A DNA stretch of 64,000 nt, from the NCBI GenBank assembly GCA_023231475.1, contig JALJEE010002316.1, positions 62,001-126,000 on the forward strand, in the 5' to 3' direction. This DNA is from Seison nebaliae. Lineage: Eukaryota. Position numbers and translations under genes: made by a program. Below the pieces are notes generated by a model. That model saw only the letters and a program-made list of their open reading frames with translations, made no database searches and was not told the origin of the DNA. Below are positions 1-12,805 of this stretch, piece by piece (the first letter of the stretch is position 1; every line of letters starts with the position of its first letter).

Positions 1-1700
1 CGTAGGAAGGAGACAAAGACCAATTTGGCAGGAAAAACTTCATCTTTGTACGCAGCGAATAATTTAGCGAAATAATAATTTTGACCATTTGCCGATTTGG
101 CTTTCGTATTCTCCTCCTCATCAGTAACGATGATAAATGTTCTAATGATTTCTTTCCGATCAAAATATGGAACAAGTGAAGCCGCTGGTGCTGTGGCACC
201 AGATGCACTAGTTTTATTTGCGATTTCGATAACTTGTTCGATCGATTCTGGTGTATGTTCCACCTCTCGAGTTTGAGTATTAAAGAAGGATAATTTAGCG
301 TTACATGCCGCTGCCATTAAAGAGGCGATGATGGATGATGTGCGTACGGCCACACTCATACTGGATGAACGATCACCGATAACGGCGATTGGAGATGGTA
401 AATCGAGTTGAATGGAATGTAATTGCTTCTCTGCATATCTGTAAAGTATGGGCAAGAATGGACATGAATTATTATGTTGATAAATATACAAAATTCTCTC
501 CATCAATTTACCATATGGCATGGTGAAAGGTGAGGAATCTTCACCATTCTCTTTTTCATGTTCTAATAATTTTGAATGGATCAATTCATCCAATTTGGGA
601 CTACTCAACTCTTCATACCACCACAATAAAGTATTCAAATCTGAATAACCGATAATCTTTTCCACCGACGCACTTGTCAATTTTCCTTTAAATTTCTTAA
701 TACGACTAAATGTTATATCGTTCTTTTGTAACAACTCATTGATATTCTCCTCATTCATGTCACGTAATTGTCGAGAGGCATGATCTTCTGGTAAAGCGTT
801 CTCGTCATAACAGAATGGCAGGAACCATTCCAATTGGAAACATTTCGGATGGAAATGAACAATATCAGCCAACTTTTTCCAAGGTGCTACTGGCATATAA
901 ATTGAGAAGAATTCTAATTCACTCTTTTTTAAAGTTTTTGCCCATTGTCTGATGAATTGAGCTTTGGATTTTGTAAATGATAATTCCATATCACTCAACT
1001 TCTCCGCATTATGTTTCTCCACCACCAATTTTCTCATACATTTTGATGGTTTTACTTCCATATCATCAACCTTCAAATCATCTATTTTCGATGTTATCAT
1101 CGATGATGTCACTGATTCCATATCGACATCAGATACCACTTCATAATCCGCTTCAGATTCAGTTCGGTCTCTGAGAGGTTCGTTCGATTTTTCTTTTTCT
1201 TTTTCTTCTTTTTTCTTTTTCTCATAATTCAATTTACCTTGAATTATATCACCACGAATCTTTTCGATTTTCCTCTCCAATTGTTTCTTTAATCTCGTCG
1301 AATCGAGAATTTGAACTGCTTTCAATATTTCGACCACAGTGTAAACAGATCGTTTCGATGTCAACACTTCAGCTAATACCCAATTGTTCAAGTGTAGCGC
1401 GGCTGCTAAAACTTTACTCAATGTTGACGATGTCAACACAATTTTCATCTCTAACAAATGGCAAAGATGAGCCACATACGACAATTCATCTCCACTCAAA
1501 AGTTCCACATGTTGTGAGATGGTAGCACCTTCAAATTCGGTGGTGGTAAATACATCGAACGGAGTGGCCAAATTCGGCTTGCGATGTATTTTCGTTTCTT
1601 CCTTCGTCTTATCTTTCGTCACTTTCTTCACTCCACCTCCACGTGCACTTCGTCGACCACCTCGTCGACCGCTCATTCGTCCACCTCGTCCTCTTGGCAT
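1..1700 (-). CDS. TROVE/Ro60-like protein with C-terminal vWA (MIDAS) domain and N-terminal RGG tract; 3' end runs off the window
   Basis: Hand translation from ATG at 1700 stays open to base 1 (about 566 codons, no stop, so missing from the ORF track). It begins MPRGRGGRMSGRRGGRRSARGGG and contains WKKLADIVHFHPK and MPYGKLMERI (TROVE-like), IAVIGDRSSSM (DxSxS MIDAS), SGATAPAASL and FIIVTDEEEN. The CDS is well supported; the family call rests on motif resemblance only. Confidence 0.7.
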   Translation of the reverse strand, partial: MPRGRGGRMSGRRGGRRSARGGGVKKVTKDKTKEETKIHRKPNLATPFDVFTTTEFEGATISQHVELLSGDELSYVAHLCHLLEMKIVLTSSTLSKVLAAALHLNNWVLAEVLTSKRSVYTVVEILKAVQILDSTRLKKQLERKIEKIRGDIIQGKLNYEKKKKEEKEKEKSNEPLRDRTESEADYEVVSDVDMESVTSSMITSKIDDLKVDDMEVKPSKCMRKLVVEKHNAEKLSDMELSFTKSKAQFIRQWAKTLKKSELEFFSIYMPVAPWKKLADIVHFHPKCFQLEWFLPFCYDENALPEDHASRQLRDMNEENINELLQKNDITFSRIKKFKGKLTSASVEKIIGYSDLNTLLWWYEELSSPKLDELIHSKLLEHEKENGEDSSPFTMPYGKLMERILYIYQHNNSCPFLPILYRYAEKQLHSIQLDLPSPIAVIGDRSSSMSVAVRTSSIIASLMAAACNAKLSFFNTQTREVEHTPESIEQVIEIANKTSASGATAPAASLVPYFDRKEIIRTFIIVTDEEENTKAKSANGQNYYFAKLFAAYKDEVFPAKLVFVSFL

Positions 1701-2612
1701 TTTTCGTAGTTCGGTAAGAAAAAAAACTTTCGCAACACTCGTTCAAATTTGAAAATAAATAGTTTTAATCGGAATTTTGTATATATATCTCCTTATTTAT
1801 AAGAAACTGGTTGATGATGCAAGTTGATTATGTAACTCTTACTTCACTTGCATTATCGGAAACAGTTTGGTTTCGCCCAATAAGGGGCATAATCAGTCGA
1901 ACATCAGGCTCAAAAACATTCTTAGATTTTTCTAGATTTAAAGTTTCGTCAGAATTCCTCTATGTCATCATATTTCTACATACGTATAAAGTTTTTTTTG
2001 TAAGTTATTGAATTTATTTCAAAATTGATTTTATTTCATCTCCACAATTCACTCTAATATTTTTTACCATAAAATTACTATTACTTAACGTTAAGTGATA
2101 GATTATTTAAGAATAATTTTTTTACATATAAAATTTAAATTACTCTATTGTTGACTAAAAACCAGGATATAAATAGCCAAAACTGGGATAGAAGGACACA
2201 AATGTTGGGTAGAGGAATAGGGACAGAATGACGTGCAATTTTCAAATGAATAAAAATTTATTAATCTTCCGAAGGTCAGAAAGGAGAAATAAAAAAAACT
2301 GATGACGCTTTAAACATTATTAAACTTCCATTAGTGTGTTGAAGATATGAATTGATCAAGTATCAATTCGAATGACAAAATTTAATGGTTGAATGAGATG
2401 TTGTAGAGATTATTTGTGAAATATGAGGATGGCCGAGTGATAATATGAGAGGAAGAGGATGAGTATTGAACTAGTGTTATGTAGATTGGAATTAGTCAGG
2501 ATTGGAGTATATTTAGATGTTTAAATTTTAAGCATGATAAAGTTGATTAATAATTCGGAAAAAGTTGGTGAATGAAATTAATTGGGAGGAAATAGAGTGG
2601 ATTCTATGAATA

Positions 2613-3824
2613 ATGAAACACAATTCGATAGTGGAATTGAAGAGATTGTTGAATAATGGGATGCTCGTCTTCTCTCTGTCAATTGTGAGTTTCATCTGTT
2701 ATTTGACATTGGTCGTTTCTCTTCACAACATCTCGACGGATAAGGACATTTATCTCATTCATTCGTCTTATTCGTGGGTGTTCGTCTATCCGGGAAAGGT
2801 GTTCTTTCCATCCTTAAGGATCTGGACGATCTTCACCACCTCTTTCTTCCAATTCCATTGGTATTGGCTTACAATTGACATAATTGTCTTATTTTTATGT
2901 GGATGTCTCCTCGAATCGATTTGGGGTCGACGTCAATTGTTCTTCTATATTATTATCGTCAATTCACTTTCCGTTTTTATGGTTTCGCTCATATATATCC
3001 TGATTTATATGTTGAACGGAAATGAAGATTATCTATTCCACCAACCATTAATTGGCCATTTTCCTCTCTATATGGCATTGGCCGTTGCTGTTAAACAATT
3101 GATGCCTCATACTATTATCAGTAATTATTCCTTCATTCGAATTACCAATAAAGATATTCCATTTCTACTTCTCATCGTCTCTACTACTCTCTCCATTTTA
3201 CACATTCTTGATCTTTCCGTCACATTACGATTATATTCCTCTCTAATCATCTCATGGATTTATCTCCGATATTTCCATTATTCCTCCTCCTCCTCCTCAT
3301 CATCATCATCATTATCGTCGTCGTCATCGAATCAAAATCGAGAAACCGATTTCACTTTCCATTCCTTCTTTCCGGCATCCATTCAACCTTATGTCATTCT
3401 ATTATTTCAAATAATTTCGTTCGGACGTTGTGGAACGAAGAAAAAATCTTCGGCTCATACACTCCCAATGACCAACGACACTGTCATACAACTCGATCAA
3501 CTCAATTCACCAATCTTCGATCTATACAATTTAAAACCGAAAAGTTTTGTCCCTACGAAATCCGCCATCGCCACTGCCAAGAGACAACAGAAAGCGTTAG
3601 ATCTTCTCAATGAACGTGTACAGAAACAAGCACAACTTTCAAAACTCTCCAAATTCGACGACGTAACACCCATTGTTATACCCGGCAACATCGAACAAGT
3701 ATCGGCAGTGACGGAGAAATCAAATCTAAACACGATTTCCGAAATTCCACAAATGTCCACACAGAACAAGAAAATCGTCAGCACAACTCAACAACAATTG
3801 ACTGATTGTGACGATGTGGAATAA
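2613..3824 (+). CDS. TMEM115: Transmembrane protein 115 (rhomboid-like Golgi protein), intronless
   Basis: 403-aa ORF with PGKVFFPSLRIWTIFTTSF, LESIWG, VAVKQLMP, SWIYLRYF, FTFHSFFP and a C-terminal RQQKALDLLNER motif, all typical of TMEM115. Contains a poly-Ser insert. Confidence 0.88.
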   Translation: MKHNSIVELKRLLNNGMLVFSLSIVSFICYLTLVVSLHNISTDKDIYLIHSSYSWVFVYPGKVFFPSLRIWTIFTTSFFQFHWYWLTIDIIVLFLCGCLLESIWGRRQLFFYIIIVNSLSVFMVSLIYILIYMLNGNEDYLFHQPLIGHFPLYMALAVAVKQLMPHTIISNYSFIRITNKDIPFLLLIVSTTLSILHILDLSVTLRLYSSLIISWIYLRYFHYSSSSSSSSSSLSSSSSNQNRETDFTFHSFFPASIQPYVILLFQIISFGRCGTKKKSSAHTLPMTNDTVIQLDQLNSPIFDLYNLKPKSFVPTKSAIATAKRQQKALDLLNERVQKQAQLSKLSKFDDVTPIVIPGNIEQVSAVTEKSNLNTISEIPQMSTQNKKIVSTTQQQLTDCDDVE

Positions 3825-6800
3825 TTTGATGACGACTAATTTTTAATTAACTTCCTTCAATTCTTTCTTCTTCCTTATTTATTAAAATTATATCTGTTCC
3901 CTTTGTTCCTTTTGAGAAATTTTTATCGTCTCAATTGGCAATCGAATTGCGCAAACTAATTACATCCAAATCTTGTTTTCAAACTCCAAATATTTAAATT
4001 ATCGATTTGACTCCATTTCTCTTATGTCTTCAAATAAATCATATTATCTAACTTCAAAAACATTCCACATATATTTTTTTTCTTATCCATAGATAAAATT
4101 GATAAAGAAATCAAATGTAGAATATAAAACAAAAATGAAAAATTTAAAGGAACGAAACAAAATTATACAATAGCTAAATGCTCAAAGATTGTTTCAAGCT
4201 TAATGTAATTATTTTGATATTTTCGTTTATATAAGTTAACATCTTAACATAATTTATAAGTTAAATAATTTAGGTATTTCTCTTCTACTTGATTTTCTTT
4301 CATTAGAGATCTTTGGATTGTCTTTTAAGTACACAAATTTTTATGGCTCACTGATTCTACCGCTTGCGCATCGATGATTGAATTTTGCTAATTTTTGTGT
4401 TTATGAACAAGAATAAATAGAGCCTATAAAAATATGAAATTGTATAAAGTAAGAATTGATAAGAAGATTTTAAGTACAAACATTCAAATATTGGTCGTTG
4501 AGAAAACGGTTCATACAGAAGGATATGAAACCTTTCGGAAGGTTAATATTTTCAACTCATCTAATTTTCTCCTTAGAATAATAGAATATGTTTTATTTGT
4601 TTATATTATTTCATTCCATGTCTAAAATAATATAAAATGATTTTCTGATCATTCGAACAAAAATAATAATATTTTGAAAAAAAAGTCTTTTGCAAATATT
4701 TCCAAGGTTTTATTTACATCTAGAAATAAACATATATTGCCTACAAACATCTGTTCTTACAATTTCCAATCGATATCCGGTTTAATTTTGGATTAACCTA
4801 CAATTCGTTCGCGACGAATTTTCATAGAGTATTCCCAAACTTATTGTTAATATATTTAATGAATGAGCAAATTTTGAGAAAAAAGAAGCATTAATTATTA
4901 GAAACACAATCGATTAGAATAAAACGAAAACTATATAAATTGGAACGATAAATTGAACTAAATTATTTTTATACTATTTTATTCTAAAAACTTCTCGTTT
5001 TTGTTTAAGTATCTATTTCGTAATTTCAACGGTTTGGGAGAAGTATTGATGCATTGATAGACATTGTAGATTATATTTACATCATCTATCAACAGTATAT
5101 TCAATGCTAATTGATATTATCCATATAACGATATTTGTTCGAAAAATATAGAGAATTTTGTTTTGGGCAATTTCTACTTTTCTCGTGGAATGTTATAATG
5201 TCTTACAATTTGTATCTCTACTGTTCTTGATAGCCCCTTTTTGCCATCTCCAAGTAAATGATCGTATTAGTTTAATTATGAAGTTAAAGTTATAACAGTT
5301 GCTGCATGAATAAGAACTACCAACGAATTTAAGGAAGACGTAATATTTTTTATATTATAGATTTGAACTGTAATCAGTTAAAATGGAATATTGATTCACA
5401 TTTTTACGATCGAGAAATTTGGATACTTCGATTACGAATGGAAACAGGAAAATAAGTATAAAACTGATTATATAAGTTCAATTGACCTTCCACCAAATCA
5501 TTTACCGAATAATTAATGTAAATTTTCAGTTGTATTTTTTGTTTGTTTTAACAGAATGTTGACCTTTTTGTCTTATGGATCATCTCTGATCAACAAGTCA
5601 AATTTGTTAGACTGAAATATTTCAATTTACGTATATCATAATTTGTCTTTCCAACGATTTCTTTCATTTTTGGGCATTTTTATTTTTTAGTTTTACATCA
5701 TCTTATTGTTCAATTTATCATTTCATTTTGGAAATTGGTCGAAAGTTTAAAATCGAGATCAGATTTTTGTACAAATTCTTGCTGTTGACAATCGAATTAA
5801 TCAGTAATGGAAAATTGTTTGATGGACATTGTCAATGACTAACCGCTGTACAATGTATGGAATGGAAAAAAGAGTCATAATGTTTTGTTTATTTTCGTAT
5901 GTTTATTTGATTGAAATCAAATAAATAATTGGAAATTAGAAATATATATATATATCATTATGTTAATTATAGGTACAATGCGCATCTATGGTAACAATCA
6001 TCCGATTTTATTATGGTCATCATCGTTTGATCAGATTCTTAATTTATGAGATTATTATTTGAAGTCAAGAAAGAATGTTACTCTATTAAACATTTTGATT
6101 TGTGGAGAATTGTAAATTATAACGAGTGACAATGCCACATTAGTTGTTTGTTGTGTAATTTGGCAGTAAATTAATTGATTAATGACGACCGGAAAAATAT
6201 AGGACGCGAGTCGTCGCCTGTTGTAGATAGAATAAAAAAATGTAATGAAAATTGATTTTGAGATAAGATAAGTTATGTAAATAAGATTGAACAGGAACTG
6301 ATGGAAATTTCTTTTAAAATGTCCATTGAAAAGAATTGGGATGTTCGATTCACTTACATGAATATTAATCTAATTCTCAGAGATAAACAGAATTACCATT
6401 GATATACTTCCCAATCAAAAGAATGACGGATATATTAATTTTAGATGGAATTCAACTTGAGCATTATCGTTCTTTGAGAGCATTGAGTAAGAAATTTTTA
6501 ATAATTATCCCTATTTCGAAGCATATTGTTCGTCTCAAGAAAATTTCTCCCTTCCCATTTTCAAGAAAGAGATTCGAAAGGAAAATAAAGAATTGGAAAA
6601 AAAAATTTTTATAGGATTTGCAGAAAATCTGGGGAAAATGTTGACGAGCATTAAATTCATAAAAATCCTTCATGCTTCAAATGCTACCTTCTTTTCAGCT
6701 TTTTCGTCAATTTCCTTATTGTTCTTTACACCATCTCACATTAGTTGGGAGTAGTGCAGGGGAAATACGGCAGAGCGATTTTCGTTCTCTCATAAGAATT

Positions 6801-9800
6801 GACCGAAAACAATTTGGTATGATTGATTTGGTCGCCTGTGTCTTAACCGATTGGCACACACACAAATTAGACATGACTAATAAAATAGATGTTTTATATT
6901 GATTCGATTATTTGATCCAGCTAATAAATAGTTGACGGACGGGAAATCAGATTTCTTCTTTTCCATCATTTTCCGCCAAATTATCAATAATGTTGGAAAA
7001 ATGATTAAAATTTAATTTTTTCGTGCAGTCGATAAGATTCGAATGATAACCATGTTTTGTGTCGTAGAAGAGATTTAAGGTGATGTGAGATGATAATTAT
7101 CAATTTTATCTTTCAACCGATTTTAATCATAGATAATAAATAATGATCATGCTAACACGCTGAATATTTGAAGCATAAAAGGAAAGGAGATTAGAAGGTA
7201 TTTCAAGATTCTCCTTAATAATACTTCCCTTTGGTGCCCGGGTTAGTTAGGGGAATTTTCTGGCATACAACCACCCATTCTCCTAAAAGGTTAGAAAGCG
7301 AGTAGAAGCAAATGATTAATAGAAAGAATGACATGGACACTACAATTTTCAGATTCGAATAATTATCATAATACTTACTTTCCATTTCACTTATGTGTAA
7401 CGAGATAATTATAATAATTATGACTCATATCCGTCAATTATCTTCATCAGTATTGATGATTTCTTTGCATCCCCACTCCATAATTTCTATGACGTCCCAA
7501 TCCAAAATTTTCTCTCATCATTCAGGTTTTTCCTTTCAATTATCAAAATTTAATTTGGAATCAAATAATTGAATGGGAGGAAAAGAAAACCTTTTCCAAT
7601 TAATTCAATTCCTTCATTCATTCATGATAGTTCTTATCCTTCATGATGCTTATTGAAATATATTATGAATCAGTTTAATACGATATTTCTCGTTTGGATT
7701 CGTAAGAAAATCATATATCACTCTCCAAACCATCAAATGACATAAAATCGAATAATTGACGTACTTCTCTAATAACTAATAGTCAACATACATCGAGAAA
7801 TTTTGGAGTATTATTGTGAGTCATAAAAGTAATCATCGAGTTCGATATTTACGCCACTTGCACATAATTATCATGAGGCTTCTATGTGATCTATTGTCTA
7901 TCATCAGTTTATCTTGTGTGAAGTATGGTGTGAAAAACAACGAGTTTGAGAAAAGAACAATTAATGTTCTTTCGACAAATTCCGATCGTCTGGAGTAAGG
8001 AAAAGATGATGAACGGAAATATGAAAAACAATAATAAGATAGATTATACTATTGTTGTTTCGGACAGACAGAAAGTTCAGAAGGGCCTGGGCATAATTTG
8101 TTCGAAATAAGTAGCGTAACAGAGATGTGGAACTGAAACTCAAGTCCTACGGGCCAAATAGAGATTGGATTAAAATGAAAGTGACGACATTCGACAATGT
8201 TTCCCATTCCTTCTATTTACTATTGTCCGTTCATATATATTATGCTTAATGCTCCTTATGTAATTAGTTGAACAAACATTAACAGCCTCCATTTCTATCC
8301 TAAATCGAAGTATATGGATGGATTATGTCGACATAACTTAGAGCATATCATCCGATTTCGGCATGCTTACCAATTAATCACAAATCTTTCAAACCGGAAA
8401 ATCATTAGACACATCAAAAATGCACTTCTTCATTCCCTTCCCGTACTCCCATACTTGGCATCGCGATACTTGTTTCTTTACAAGAATAATTCCATTCCAT
8501 CTGTTTGCACACCAAATGGAAAGGAAGCGGATAAATTACAAATTCGTTTCAACTGAAGAAACATTGGAAATTTTTTGAAAAAAATCGTATGATTTATGAT
8601 GTCTTGTTAGCTCATGATGACTTTGCTTAACATCCTCCCCAAATATAGAACACTTGACATTAATACCGCAATATCACTCTCTCAACCCAATCATCTTCAC
8701 GAACTACATGTCACGTACTAGATGATTGAACAGATTTCATTGACATCCGACAGACTGATGTGCCATGTGCATGTCCGAGAAAAATGACCGAAATTTCGTC
8801 TTCTAATTGAAATTCGCGTATGTTCATGTTCGATGGAAAACAATTAAGAAAATTGCTTTTCTCAATCAAATGCATCTGTCCAATTAAGATAAGTAACTGA
8901 AAGAATTATATCATCTTTCGATTCATAATAATTTCACTTGAAACTTTTCGGATGGATCGATTGATAATAAACCAATTTTGTAACTGTTATTTATTTTTTA
9001 TCAATTTATTTTAAGCTCATCAAATAATACTATCAGTCTCCTAGTCATACTCGCCCGATAACCATCGATTGTTTGTAGCGCATTCCTTTCAGAGACGTAA
9101 TCCGTTTACACACTTACTAAAGGGAAATCGTTAAAGCATCTTTCGATTTCCGTTAAACAGAATAATAGTATTGATCGTTCAATCGAATACCTTCGATGAG
9201 TTTTCGGAAGAGGATTATGAAATGAAAATAGTTTGGATAAGAACGATAATAAATAAAAGAAATTGGGATTGGAAAGAAATAATTTTCATTCCAGCATTTC
9301 CTTTTTTCCCGGTCTGGTATGTGAGGAGGAAAATGAAATTTCCTTCATAACCTGGATAATGATAAGTGAGTTTGGTAAGAGAATAAGGTAAGCGAATTAT
9401 CTAATAGAATTCTTCGTTGATATCTTCGTAATTTTATCAGTCATTCTCTCCCATCTTCCCAATATATTTCCTTTCGTTTCTATTTACATATCAATTTCAA
9501 AAATCACAATTATTATTTGTTCGATCTAACCAAATTTCTCATTTACGAATATTAAATTCATCAATTTAAGATGAAAATTGTTATTCTTCTTTTCCGGTAA
9601 TAGATTATCATGTTCTTAATGAAATTCTTGAAGCAATACTTCCTTCCACAACTTTTACTGTTTATCAAACGAATAATTCCCTAATAATATTCTGATTTTT
9701 ATCCCGATTCGATCACCTTCAATTATTTGCCCTATTTATGATTTTGCATGTTCTTTTTCTTATCTATTTCATTAATAGCATATTATGTAATGATATTAGA

Positions 9801-10380
9801 AGTAATAATTAATTAATGTAATTGAAACAAAACGATTTATTTCATTCGACAATTCTTCCGTTATACGATAATGATTATTAAATTAAATCGAACAAGTCAT
9901 TGGAATTTGAACGTGTTGATATGGTTGCCGAACTACATCGTAAAATGTTCAATAATTAATTGTGGAGGAGGAGAATTTGGTTAAAAGGAATTTCACTTTT
10001 CAGTCCATCGACTTATTAAAGAGTGACCAAATTATTTTTTGGTGGTATAGATTGATTTAATGATAAATTCGCATTCAAATTCTTTAAATGTTTGAATTGT
10101 AATTCGAATGATTGATGAGTATATTATTGATTAGACTGCTGGAGGAAATATGGTCTCGAAACATTCCTCATCTAAATACCATTTCTTTCTTTCAAATTAT
10201 TTTTAGTCCACGAACATTTCTTGTCGGTTTCCATAGATATTTCACCCGCATATTTCTTCATTGAACTTCAGACAAAGGAAAGATAAATATCTTTCGATAT
10301 TTATGTATTCATCAATTGGGAGCGGAATAATCACTATAATTTCTTCGTGCTAAGTCCAATACAATCGTCACCCGGTATAA

Positions 10381-12805
10381 ATGTCTTGTAAGAGCCACGT
10401 GGAGTACAATCAAGACGTGCAGGCCATGGTAACATGGCCAGAAACTAGAGCACCGTGTTACGCCAGATTCTCCTGCGGATTCAATTCAAACACATTACCA
10501 GTAATAGGTTAATTAATATTTATCTAACAATTCGTTTCAATTGAGAATTATGAAGGTTATAATTTACAATATTACTACGCTTACCGACATTGTACTCCGG
10601 CCATTTCATGGAATTATATTAACGAGAATGACGATCCCGATTCGAAGGGACGTTGTTCCGAATTATTTAATATTGTTAATTTCTTTCCTTTCCTTCTTCT
10701 TTTATTCGTTCCATTCAGTTAATTCGTTACGTATTACTCTATAAACCGATGAGAATGAAAAGGATGTTCAGTTCCATTTATGTTGGTGTCCTGGTACCTG
10801 GTAGTTGTATCGCCTCAATCTTTCTCACAATAGCAATTATTATTTATCTTTATTTCAAGTTGGACGTAATTAAAATGTTTAAAAATTCAAATTATTTTTC
10901 AGGTCTTTACGTTGTATCAGGAATCGAATTCATATCAATCTATTTTTGGCTTGTTTGCTCAAATATCTTTCACTCATCGTTCTCTACTCCAGCGTCTTCT
11001 TTTACACCTTGGGTAATAAACAACAAATGCAACTGAATCAACTAGACACTGAAGCTTACGAATATTTTAAGAATATTACCGATATCGGTCATCGATTTAA
11101 TTTATCGAATAACAATCAATCATTATTTTATACGAGATTATTCCCACCAAAAATGGAAATTATCTGTCCGAAAACAACCGGAAACATTTCGAGTAATTTG
11201 ACTGATGAAATTTATTTGAATTCCAATAAAAAATACGTGAAAGTGATTAAAAAGCGTCAAAAGAAGAAATTGTTCACAATTTTCTGTCGAACCATCTTCT
11301 GGTTGGAACGATTCTCTACAATAGCCATACCATTCTGGATGTTGATCGAAGGCGTATCGTTGTACAATCAATTCGTGGCGAATGTGTTAACGTCTCAATC
11401 GAAGAATTCTTCTTTAATCTACTACATTTTCGGATGGGGTTTAAACTTCATTTTTCAAAATTTTTTCAAATGTTTTTATTCGACACAAAGGGTCGCCTTT
11501 AGTGCTGAGTTGTTTGCTGATTTATTTCAGTGAGAATGATTCTATCAAATCGAAAGGACAACCGAATAACAATTATTGTGTTCAAACAACAAAGTCTCCT
11601 TACAACTGGTTGTTGTATGGTCCTGTATTGATATTAATAGTGGTTTGAAAATATTTTCACTTAACTGAAATAAATTTGAATTTTTCCCCATATTAGGTGA
11701 ACATGGGCCTACTTGTGAGGATTTTATATGTTGTAGCGAAAAAGACTAATGTGAATGGGAATGTTCGGAGTTTGAATAAACGGATAACAAAGAAGAGTGC
11801 ACGTTCATCATTAGATCAATCGTCTACTTTGTTAGATAAACAACTGGAGAATGTTATTCAAAGGAAAAGTTTGTCGTTGGCTCTGGAGAAGAAGAGTCTC
11901 TCGTTTAATATCGATGTGAGAAATCGAGCACTCACCAACGACATGGATGCCTCCCAGAAATTGAATCATCAATCCAGTTTCAGGAATAAAAACGACGAAC
12001 GTCGTCATTCAGTGTTGTTGAATCGAGTTATAGTTCCAATTCAGAAATTGAAAAATATTAAGAATTCCGACTTAAAACTCGAGTCGAATGGTCGGAAGAA
12101 ATTTTCGATTCGTTTAAGACGAGGTAGTGGAGAGGATCATTCGGACAGAAGAAAAGATTTACTCTTTCGGATATTGAGAGCCATCATTATCTTGATGCCA
12201 ATTTTAGGAATTGCTCACATTGTCTTTTATAAGAGTCCAATTAGTGATACGATTGCATCAACGAAATTACCCAGCCAAATTGAGAATACGAAGAAAAATG
12301 AAAATTTAAATGAGCAATTGACACAATTGGCTACGTCGGTCGTCAGTGGGTCAAGATCCAACACCAACATCTCGACGATACTATATGTGATTGCTTCCAG
12401 CACATTGGACGTATTATCCGTTAGATTTCCTTCAATTTTCATTTCTCGTTCGATAACCGAAGATTTATTTGGTCTAATGATAAATCATGTTTTCTTGTTG
12501 ATTTATTAGAATTTTATTAAATTTGTATAATATTTATTTACTACTATTTATGTTGGCGGGAAAAAAAACGACGAATAATAAGTCGAAATGAGAATTCCAT
12601 CATAAATAATATTGAAAATTTTGCTAAGAAATTATAATTAAAATTTTTTTTCAGGGAATACTTGCTCCGATATTACTTTGTTTCTCTACGCCGGAAGTTA
12701 GGATTGGTTCGAAGGAAAACTGATATCATTCCCTTTCAGGTACGAACAACATTGCGGCGATGGATAAACCGTCGACGGAGGATGAATGCGAATATCGAAT
12801 TGTAA
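10381..12805 (+). CDS. Class B (secretin-like) GPCR, 8 exons: 10381-10507, 10556-10674, 10719-10858, 10903-11438, 11491-11642, 11697-12419, 12655-12696, 12740-12805
   Basis: Splicing at GT-AG restores family motifs in frame: hormone-receptor domain (C..WPET..C..RHC..W..C), YFKSLRCIRNRIHINLF, FWMLIEG, YYIFGWGSP, YGPVLILIVVN, ILMPILGI and GILAPILLCFSTPEVRTTLRRW. The true 5' end is uncertain because no signal peptide is visible. Confidence 0.85.

Noticed and set aside
3254..3613. Overlapping ORF with LLLLLLIIIIIIVVVI transmembrane-like stretch
   Set aside because: Alternate-frame reading of the poly-Ser trinucleotide repeat in TMEM115.
3900..10300. Short ORFs in the 6-kb gap, possible transposon or GPCR 5' exons
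   Set aside because: No recognisable domains, terminal repeats or convincing spliced frame. An X-box-like GCATCTATGGTAAC near 5982 has no nearby gene start. UTR exons cannot be excluded.
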